DNA of 24,000 nucleotides, taken from an uncultured Moraxellaceae bacterium. Lineage in GTDB: Bacteria; Pseudomonadota; Gammaproteobacteria; Pseudomonadales; Ketobacteraceae. This document shows positions 17,324 to 24,000 of the stretch, one piece after another. The position numbers were made by a program, and so were the translations under genes. Location of the stretch: NCBI GenBank assembly GCA_964473645.1, contig CAYYPW010000032.1:665-24664 (forward strand), written 5' to 3'. How positions within the stretch are numbered: position 1 is the stretch's first letter; every line of letters begins with the position of its first letter. Below the pieces are notes generated by a model. It was given only the letters and a program-made list of their open reading frames with translations, searched no databases and had not been told where the DNA came from.

Positions 17324-18373
17324 ATGCTACGTTCTGACTCTCTCAAAATCACCCAAGAGATCCTGGGCCTAATCGCCCGGATCGACGAATTCAAAGGCGC
17401 ATGGCGGGCTTTGGGTACGCTTGCGCCCGACCGCCTGTCGGCACTACGGCGGGTTGCGACCATCGAAAGTATTGGCTCGTCCACCCGCATTGAGGGAAGC
17501 AAGTTGAGTAACCGCGAGGTTGAACACTTGCTTTCCAACCTGACCATCCAGTCCTTCGCAACCCGCGACGAGCAAGAAGTCGCAGGTTACGCCGAACTGA
17601 TGGACTTAGTGTTTAGTTCGTGGCACGACATTCCGTTCAACGAAAATCACATCAAACAACTGCACCAAATCTTGTTGCGTCACAGTGAAAAGGACTCGCG
17701 CCACAGGGGGCAATACAAGACCCACTCGAACAGTGTCGCGGCATTCGACGAGAACGGGGTCCAGATCGGTATCGTCTTCGAAACTGCTACACCGTTTGAT
17801 ACTCCACTGTTAATGGCCGATTTGGTCGTTTGGGTGAATGACGAGCGGGAGAAGAGGCAGCTGCACCCACTGCTGATCATTGCCCTCTTTGTAGTGGTAT
17901 TCCTTGAAATCCACCCGTTTCAAGATGGCAATGGACGGCTTAGTCGGGTGCTGACGACCTTGCTGCTGATTCAGGCGGGGTATGTCTATGTACCGTATAG
18001 CTCCCTTGAAAGCGTGGTTGAGCTGAACAAGGAAGGCTATTACCTGGCGTTGCGCCAGACGCAAGGCACCATCCGAACGGATGCGCCAAACTGGCAACCC
18101 TGGCTGGTGTTCTTTCTGCGGTCGCTTGCCGAACAGGTTCGCCGCCTGGAGAAGAAGGTGGAGCGAGAACGGATTGTGCTGGCCGTCTTGCCAGATCTGT
18201 CATTGCAGATCGTAGAATTCACCCGCGAACACGGGCGCATCACTATGGGTGACGCCATCAAACTAACCACGGCCAACCGCAACACGCTGAAACAACACTT
18301 CCGCAACTTGGTCGAACGAGGTCACCTTACACAGCATGGTAGCGGGCGTGGTGTTTGGTACGAACTGAAGTGA
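17324..18373 (+). CDS. Fic-family protein (class II, self-inhibited AMPylase type) with C-terminal winged-helix domain
   Basis: The Fic motif HPFQDGNGRLSR starts at 17912. The N-terminal inhibitory motif S-T-R-I-E-G ([S/T]xxxE[G/N]) is at 17480-17497. The C-terminal wHTH-like segment is ITMGDAIKLTTANRNTLKQHFRNLVERGHLTQHGSGRGVWYEL. I place the start at ATG 17324 (MLRSDSLKITQEILGLIARIDEFKGAW), which is the usual family N-terminus. Confidence 0.9.
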   Translation: MLRSDSLKITQEILGLIARIDEFKGAWRALGTLAPDRLSALRRVATIESIGSSTRIEGSKLSNREVEHLLSNLTIQSFATRDEQEVAGYAELMDLVFSSWHDIPFNENHIKQLHQILLRHSEKDSRHRGQYKTHSNSVAAFDENGVQIGIVFETATPFDTPLLMADLVVWVNDEREKRQLHPLLIIALFVVVFLEIHPFQDGNGRLSRVLTTLLLIQAGYVYVPYSSLESVVELNKEGYYLALRQTQGTIRTDAPNWQPWLVFFLRSLAEQVRRLEKKVERERIVLAVLPDLSLQIVEFTREHGRITMGDAIKLTTANRNTLKQHFRNLVERGHLTQHGSGRGVWYELK

Positions 18374-18502
18374 ACTGGCTGGACAATTCTGGGCGGCGGT
18401 TACTTAGTAAGCCCCGCGCACAAGATCTTGCTATTGGAGCGCTTCAAATCTCGCGAAAGCGTTACCACATAAATCCGCTATCTGAGAAAGGGAATCCCAA
18501 AC

Positions 18503-18961
18503 ATGCCATTTTCATTACCGCCGAAAGAAATTTTTGCCTTCCGAACCATCGATTTACGTGATCGATTCCCTGAGCCGATACCAACATTTCTGGCAGCGCT
18601 TGAAAAGCTCCAGAGCGACGCAGCGTATATGCCAGAAACGGGTGAAATCATTGCTTATCTGGTGGACGGCAGATCAATACCTATCCCCCGAGAGTTCTAC
18701 ATCCGGCACGAAAAGCGTTTTAAATCACGGGCAGAGGCAGAAAAATGGGTTCGCGAGCGCATGGCGAGCATAGCAGATAATCCTCGCCATCGAATATTCG
18801 GCATCTTTATTGCCGATCCCGACGCACCCATTGAAGAACAGATCGACGAGGCTATCGGCTACACCGACACATCAGTAGCAGACGTCAGTGAAAATCCGCA
18901 GATCGTTGCAAACGTAAACGCCTGGCTGCGAAGCACGGTACGCGAAATGCTGTACAAATAA
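18503..18961 (+). CDS. Hypothetical protein (152 aa), no recognisable domain
   Basis: ATG at 18503 is preceded by GAGAAAGGGAATCCCAAAC. The composition is ordinary and protein-like with no low-complexity stretches. It is co-directional with the flanking Fic and AAA+ genes. I recognise no motif. Confidence 0.5.
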   Translation: MPFSLPPKEIFAFRTIDLRDRFPEPIPTFLAALEKLQSDAAYMPETGEIIAYLVDGRSIPIPREFYIRHEKRFKSRAEAEKWVRERMASIADNPRHRIFGIFIADPDAPIEEQIDEAIGYTDTSVADVSENPQIVANVNAWLRSTVREMLYK

Positions 18962-19281
18962 GACGTCTCTGCGCCAGCGAAACGAAAATTTATCGCGAGA
19001 CTCGAGAGAACAACCGGCGTACTACTGAAAGAACTTTGCCAAAAACCAGTGATTGTGATCGTCGCCAAGCACGTTACCTTGGCGGTACTCCTGCAGCAAG
19101 ATATTGCGGGATGACATCAAGGGCTAGCTCGGTTAAAGCGTTCTCTCATTGCTTACATTTAAATTAAAGAATGCTTTAATATGGTGGCAAGCAATCAAAG
19201 AGTTCTTTAAATGACTCGTACCACCGACACCTACGAGATCTCTACCACTCTGGGCGAATCGGTATCGGGACCAAACTCACC

Positions 19282-20349
19282 ATGAACTCCACCATTCAAC
19301 TCACCCCCGCACAAACCTTTGAATTTCTTCTCAATGTCGCGATTGTGCGCCCGGTTTTTATTTGGGGCGCACCGGGTATTGGAAAAAGCGCCATGGTCAA
19401 ACGTTTTGCTGATGAAGTCGGGCTGGAATGTGTTTCTCTTCTGGGAAGCCAGCTTGCCCCCGAAGATCTGCTCGGCGTTCCAAAAATCGACGGCGAATGT
19501 TCCCGCTTTTTTCCACCTGCCAATATCGTCAGGCATGAGCCGTTTGTTTTATTTCTCGACGAATTAAACGCGTCCTCGCATGAAATTCAAAAAGCGTTTT
19601 ATTCGCTGATATTGGAGCAGCGCGTGGGTGAATATCGGCTTCCGCCCGGCACGATTGTCATTGGTGCTGGCAACCGGGCGAAAGATGCGGCCATTGTCAA
19701 ACCAATGCCTTCCGCCTTGATCAACCGACTCGTTCACATTCATTTACGCGCTGATCATCGGCAATGGTTGACCTGGGCCATCAACCAAGGTGGCATACAT
19801 CCATGGGTGGTCGAATATTTACAGCTTCGCCCAGATCATTTGTGGAGCGAACCACCCAAGCATGAGGAACCGTTTTCCACGCCGCGCAGCTGGCATATGT
19901 TTTCAGATGCATTGAAATCGTTCGGAGAAAGAATTACCGATGACATGATCGAAGCGCTCGCCTTCGGTTTGCTTTCACCTTCACATGCTGCGCATTTCAA
20001 AGGATTCATCAAACAGATTCGTGAGCAACATACACTGAATGCCATCCTCAAAGGTGACCGCCATTGGCCTGCGGCACCTGCTGATCGTGATGTGCTCTAT
20101 TTTCTGGCGCAATCCTTTCGCACGCATTTACGCAAAGAACTCCCTAACGACGAAGCTTCGGTGCGAACTGAGCACAAAGCTTTGGCAATACGCGCAAAAG
20201 ACATGCTGCGTGACCTGGCCCGCATCAGCGTAGAGATTGCGCAATCGGTATTGAGTGAAGACGAAAATGGTAACAGTTTGCCCAGTTGGTTTTTAATCGA
20301 GATCGCTCGCGATTTGCCACGTCTTGCAGCGCGTGGCAAGGGCGCATAA
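19282..20349 (+). CDS. MoxR-like AAA+ ATPase (AAA_5 type)
   Basis: Walker A GAPGIGKS (19366-19389). Walker B FVLFLDELN (D93 at 19558). Sensor-1-like VIGAGN and PSALINRL. A roughly 170-aa C-terminal helical extension follows. The stop codon overlaps the next gene's ATG. Confidence 0.85.
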   Translation: MNSTIQLTPAQTFEFLLNVAIVRPVFIWGAPGIGKSAMVKRFADEVGLECVSLLGSQLAPEDLLGVPKIDGECSRFFPPANIVRHEPFVLFLDELNASSHEIQKAFYSLILEQRVGEYRLPPGTIVIGAGNRAKDAAIVKPMPSALINRLVHIHLRADHRQWLTWAINQGGIHPWVVEYLQLRPDHLWSEPPKHEEPFSTPRSWHMFSDALKSFGERITDDMIEALAFGLLSPSHAAHFKGFIKQIREQHTLNAILKGDRHWPAAPADRDVLYFLAQSFRTHLRKELPNDEASVRTEHKALAIRAKDMLRDLARISVEIAQSVLSEDENGNSLPSWFLIEIARDLPRLAARGKGA

Positions 20350-22151
20350 TGAAACGCAATTCAACCCGTGATGCCGCCGCCGAGGCAAGAAACACTGCTA
20401 TTTTGCAATTGCGATACCACCCGGTATTGGCATTAATCTGCGAACAGATCAGCATTCGTGCCGACACAGACCACCGCTACTTAGGCGAACGTAGCTGGAT
20501 CGTCGTGCAACCCAACGGCAATATCTGGCTACACCCCAAACGATTGCTAACACCAGAAGAATGGCTGCGACTGCTGGCGTTGGCAACGGTGTGTCTCGGC
20601 TTTGGGCTCGTCGTAAAGCGCCAACCCTTAGCCACCTGGGAACTAAGCTCATTGCTGATCGCCAACAGATTTTGTGACGAGCTCAAAATCGGGAGCCTAC
20701 CAGAAGCGTTAGAAAGCGAATTCCCCGTACTCCCTGCAGGCGGTGCGGAAGCACTCTTTCGCTTGCTCTGCACCAGCGAGATCCACTCCCCACTGTTCAG
20801 CTGGCATTATACTCTCACCGGAGGCGGATCTTTCTTTATCAATCTGGAGGAAAAAATCCCCAGCTATTCCAAAAAAGACTGGAAAGCCTTGCTGGCCAAA
20901 GGAATCGCGGCGGGCGTCGGGCGCGCACTCAAAGTGGCGGCAGGCCAAGAAATAAGTGCCACGCCAGAACGCCCCAACTCGCCCGCACAACAAGCCAAAC
21001 GCAGATTGATCGACAATTATCCCTTATTGGGTGCGCTCGCAGCCACCTTCGATCTTGAAGAAGATCATCGTCTCTGCCAGCAATACGGTATTCAAGTTGC
21101 CGCCATTGATGTGGGCGCTCGCAAAATCTGGATGAACCCCGGCGCGCACCTGAATAGCAATGAATGCCTGTTTGTATTCACGCATGAGCTGCTGCATGCC
21201 GGCCTCAACCATGCATCCCGCCGACGCGGTCGTGATCCGCAATTATGGAATGTCGCCTGCGATTTCATCATTAACGCCTGGCTGATCGAGATGGGCATTG
21301 GCTCACCACCTGGCATCGGGCTGTTGCATGACGCCAAATTTCATAATTGGTCCGCAGAAGAAATCTATGACGATTTGGCAAAAGATATTCGTCGTGCACG
21401 CAAGCTCGCAACATTACGCGGTGCCGGGCAACCTGATCTGATCGGCGATGAAGAGAGCCCACATTTTACTGATGCCGAGCGTTATTGTCGTCGGGCGTTG
21501 GCACAAGGCTTGGAACGCTGTCTATTCAGTGGAATGCGAGGCACGCTACCCGCCGGATTAATTGAAGAAATTCGCAGCTTGAATCAACCGCCTATTCCGT
21601 GGGATGTAAAACTGGCCGAATGGTTTGACGAACGATTCCCACCACCTGAAACACGCCGTAGTTATGCACGCCCATCCCGGCGCCAAGCGTCTACGCCTGA
21701 TATCCCCCGGCCTTCTGCATTGAAACCACCCGAGGAGGAACGGAAAAGTCGTGTATTTGGCGTCGTACTGGATACCTCAGGCTCCATGGATACGCAATTA
21801 TTGGGGAAAGCCTTAGGCGCCATTGCGAGCTATGCGATGGCACGCGATGTTTTTGCGGTGCGATTTATTAGCTGCGATGCAAGCGCTTACGATCATGGTT
21901 GGGTTGAGCCCGAGAATTTGTTGGACAGATTTTCTATTCGCGGGCGCGGCGGCACCATTCTGCAACCAGGCATTGATCTGATCGAAGCACAAAGAAATCG
22001 CGCAGAATTTCCCAAAGAGGGCCCGGTGTTGATCATTACTGATGGTTTTTGTGAAGACCAATTGCACGTCTCCATGGATCATGCGTTTTTATTGCCCGAG
22101 GGACGACGTTTGCCGTTTTATCCCAAAGGGAAAGTGTTCTCAGTGTCTTAA
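20349..22151 (+). CDS. Zincin-like metallopeptidase / von Willebrand factor A (vWA) protein, DUF2201-like, with an extra degenerate N-terminal peptidase-like domain
   Basis: ATG at 20349 shares its A with the upstream TAA (TAATG). HExxH as THELLHAGLNH (H279 at 21183). vWA MIDAS DTSGS at 21771-21785, with a later ITDG. Residues about 14-90 repeat the fold pattern of residues about 216-290 but lack HExxH. The track start at 20286 overlaps the upstream gene by 64 nt and is rejected. Confidence 0.85.
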   Translation: MKRNSTRDAAAEARNTAILQLRYHPVLALICEQISIRADTDHRYLGERSWIVVQPNGNIWLHPKRLLTPEEWLRLLALATVCLGFGLVVKRQPLATWELSSLLIANRFCDELKIGSLPEALESEFPVLPAGGAEALFRLLCTSEIHSPLFSWHYTLTGGGSFFINLEEKIPSYSKKDWKALLAKGIAAGVGRALKVAAGQEISATPERPNSPAQQAKRRLIDNYPLLGALAATFDLEEDHRLCQQYGIQVAAIDVGARKIWMNPGAHLNSNECLFVFTHELLHAGLNHASRRRGRDPQLWNVACDFIINAWLIEMGIGSPPGIGLLHDAKFHNWSAEEIYDDLAKDIRRARKLATLRGAGQPDLIGDEESPHFTDAERYCRRALAQGLERCLFSGMRGTLPAGLIEEIRSLNQPPIPWDVKLAEWFDERFPPPETRRSYARPSRRQASTPDIPRPSALKPPEEERKSRVFGVVLDTSGSMDTQLLGKALGAIASYAMARDVFAVRFISCDASAYDHGWVEPENLLDRFSIRGRGGTILQPGIDLIEAQRNRAEFPKEGPVLIITDGFCEDQLHVSMDHAFLLPEGRRLPFYPKGKVFSVS

Positions 22152-22176
22152 CGCCCGACCGCGGTCATACAAACAT

Positions 22177-23520
22177 TTATAAGGATTCACTCTTCCACGA
22201 ATGAAACATCCCGTCTGGATCATAAAGGGTGCGTATTGCTTGTAATCGTGTTTTGTTCTCCGCTGACAAAAAGCGGGCACGGCGGCGGCCAAGATTTTCG
22301 TCGGCCAGCTGAATTCCCACGCCAAGATGTTCCATGGATTTAATGTTGTCTGTCGCCCAGCTGGCATAAAGGTCGTCGTCCTGCGGATTTTTCCATTCAC
22401 CATAGAGAGCAAGATAGTGTTTTCCTTCTACCGAAAAGGCCATGTCCTGGCGTTTTTCCGGGGGATGCCAGCTGATCATCAACACATGACTGGGCATAGG
22501 CGGCATGGTCTCGGCAATCGTATGCAGGCCGGGAAGCAATTGCTCCATGGGTGCATTGGTCCACATGTTATCGACGCTCCAGCGCATTTTGGGCGGGAAG
22601 ATTCTGCGTGCCGCCAGCGTGGACATCACGGCCGTCGAAATCGGCATTAACGGAAAGGGTAAGCTGGCCAGCCGTCGCATCGGGCCGCGCGTCAGAAATG
22701 CCGTGTCCTCTTTTGCCTGTTTCCAGCTATGCGTCAGTACCGGAGCAATCACCTCGATCCCCGGAGCAAAAATGCCGTTGGCCTTGCGTGTCAGCAACAA
22801 TTGGAACTCCACCGAACGCGGTACTTCCGGGCCGATTTTCTCAGCCCACAGAAATACGTCATCAAGATGGCGCATGCGAAAAACATGCGACGCTAACGCT
22901 GTAACTTGGGGGCGCGGATGCACTTTCAGGTGATAGCGAACGACGACGCCAAAAAATCCCGGACCTGCGCCACGCGCGGCCCAGTAAAGGTCGGCATGTT
23001 CCTCGGCATTCGCGTGAATCAGTTGCCCGTCAGCGGTAACCACATCGATGCCCAGTACATTTTCACAGGCGAGACCCAGCACGCGGCTGTTCCAGCCAAA
23101 ACCACCCTGCAATAAATAACCGCCAAGACATACATCAATGGCATGTGCAATCGGAAAAAAAAGCGCGTGACGTTTTAGCGTGTTGTCGAGATCCACGCTC
23201 CAGCAACCGGGGCCGGCAAATGCCATTTGTCGCTCCACATCGACCTCGATGTTATTGAGGCGTGACATGTCGATCAGCAAGCCGCCCTCGCGCAAATGAT
23301 TCTGCAGCCAGCTATGGCCACCCGAACAGACACTGATATTCAGCCCTTCGCGGCGTGCCCGTTTGACAGCGGCGATCACGTCAAAGACGTGGTTTGCCTG
23401 CACCAGCACTTTGGGGCGAACCCCCGGGTCTGAACCGTTAAATGAGGTGCCGAGCACGGCGGCGTCGAACCCGTCATGGTGGCGGGTCATGGTCTTGCCA
23501 ACGCTGTGTGGACGTTTCAT
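22177..23520 (-). CDS. FAD-binding oxidoreductase (FAD_binding_4 / VAO-type flavoprotein)
   Basis: The N-terminal FAD-binding pattern is VRPKVLVQANHVFDVIAAVKRARREGLNISVCSGGHSW ... YWAARGAGPGFFGVVVRYHLKV. I place the start at ATG 23520, preceded by GGGGAGAACACC. That start leaves a 28-nt gap to the upstream gene instead of an overlap. Confidence 0.85.
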   Translation of the reverse strand: MKRPHSVGKTMTRHHDGFDAAVLGTSFNGSDPGVRPKVLVQANHVFDVIAAVKRARREGLNISVCSGGHSWLQNHLREGGLLIDMSRLNNIEVDVERQMAFAGPGCWSVDLDNTLKRHALFFPIAHAIDVCLGGYLLQGGFGWNSRVLGLACENVLGIDVVTADGQLIHANAEEHADLYWAARGAGPGFFGVVVRYHLKVHPRPQVTALASHVFRMRHLDDVFLWAEKIGPEVPRSVEFQLLLTRKANGIFAPGIEVIAPVLTHSWKQAKEDTAFLTRGPMRRLASLPFPLMPISTAVMSTLAARRIFPPKMRWSVDNMWTNAPMEQLLPGLHTIAETMPPMPSHVLMISWHPPEKRQDMAFSVEGKHYLALYGEWKNPQDDDLYASWATDNIKSMEHLGVGIQLADENLGRRRARFLSAENKTRLQAIRTLYDPDGMFHSWKSESL

Positions 23521-23548
23521 GGTGTTCTCCCCAATTAGGCCGCTCAGT

Positions 23549-24000
23549 TCACGCGTTGCGGGCGAAGCTTGCATGTAGCACCGGCAGAATCGCGGCGAGA
23601 TGGTTCATTTCCTGGGCGTCATGTATCAGCATTTCTTCTGCCTGTCGGGCGCTCAGGCGTTGGGTTTGTGCCGCTATCAGTCCCAGCCATTTGCCGAAAC
23701 GGTTGTGCACACCCACAGGATTGACGTTACTGCCGCCCAGCCAGAAGCGGGAACGCATTTCGGCACCGTCTGCAACGGGCCGAATGTGATGCACCAGCCA
23801 GACGGCTTCCATGGGCAAACCGGCAACGCCGCCTCGCCCGCAAATCACGACTTCACCTCGGTCACGCAGGCGCTCTTCATCAAACCCCAGGGTTGCGGGG
23901 CGAACGAACGTGAGAAACACCCGTAAGCGCTTTGCGCCAATGTATTCGACGATATTCGAAGTTCTGCCGACGTAATATTGCAATTCGCTATGACCATCGG
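23549..24000 (-). CDS. Partial CDS (5-prime end beyond window), possibly DAPG/phloretin-hydrolase-like metal hydrolase
   Basis: The frame is open to the window edge (DGHSELQYYVGR...). The C-terminus contains EMRSRFWLGG and HDAQEM (an HxxxE spacing, as in the zinc ligands of PhlG-type hydrolases). The family call is from memory and is tentative. Confidence 0.45.
   Translation of the reverse strand, partial: DGHSELQYYVGRTSNIVEYIGAKRLRVFLTFVRPATLGFDEERLRDRGEVVICGRGGVAGLPMEAVWLVHHIRPVADGAEMRSRFWLGGSNVNPVGVHNRFGKWLGLIAAQTQRLSARQAEEMLIHDAQEMNHLAAILPVLHASFARNA

Noticed and set aside
19022-19117. 31-aa minus-strand ORF (MSSRNILLQEYRQGNVLGDDHNHWFLAKFFQ) in the gap before the AAA+ gene
   Set aside because: It is short, has no SD and no recognisable family, and it lies in what looks like a promoter or terminator region.
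17680-23926. Many 60-140-aa antisense or out-of-frame ORFs inside the Fic, AAA+, vWA, FAD-oxidoreductase and hydrolase genes (e.g. 17810-18097, 20477-20773, 22505-22933, 23600-23926)
   Set aside because: These are typical spurious ORFs of GC-rich coding DNA. Each is fully nested in a longer ORF that has clear family motifs.
1-24000. Scan for CRISPR arrays, tRNA or rRNA genes and long tandem repeats
   Set aside because: I saw no regularly spaced repeat-spacer pattern, no cloverleaf-like conserved tRNA boxes and no rRNA-like segments. The only repeats seen are the short ones reported above. Visual scanning can miss a tRNA, so tRNAscan-SE/Infernal should confirm this.

Overview
All calls come from reading the sequence and the supplied ORF translations. 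I ran no database search, so every family assignment rests on motif recognition.

The window is a strong compositional mosaic, judged by eye. AT-rich blocks (roughly 25-40% GC) span about 1-9700 and 10900-13300. GC-rich blocks (roughly 50-65% GC) span about 9730-10900 and 13300-24000.

**Left AT-rich block.** Its genes look intact:
- a 3-prime-truncated FadL-type outer-membrane transporter
- an AraC-family regulator, preceded by a near-consensus promoter and two perfect 16-bp direct repeats
- a TetR-family regulator
- a 942-aa 7TMR-DISM/PAS hybrid sensor whose kinase core is degenerate but whose receiver domain is intact
- a porin plus mini periplasmic-binding-protein pair
- a yefM-yoeB toxin-antitoxin cassette with a GTAC-rich operator

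**Middle (about 9.7-17.2 kb).** This is a field of decayed genes:
- a frameshifted, truncated IS91-family transposase
- a VapC/PIN remnant with an in-frame TGA
- a DUF1016/YhcG-type PDDEXK nuclease remnant with several frameshifts and an internal deletion
- a large primase-polymerase (AEP) + SF2 helicase fusion gene broken by at least three lesions

One intact polytopic membrane protein is wedged between these remnants.

**Right of the decayed block.** An intact co-directional block follows:
- a class II Fic protein, preceded by a 21-bp inverted repeat
- an orphan 152-aa ORF
- a translationally coupled MoxR-type AAA+ ATPase plus a 600-aa zincin-metallopeptidase/vWA protein that carries an extra degenerate peptidase-like domain

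The window ends with a convergent FAD-linked oxidoreductase and a partial DAPG-hydrolase-like gene.

**Best candidate system.** The AAA+/peptidase-vWA module in this defence-island-like setting is my best candidate for an uncharacterised conflict system. Its novelty and function cannot be established from sequence alone.

I recognised no rRNA, tRNA or CRISPR array.
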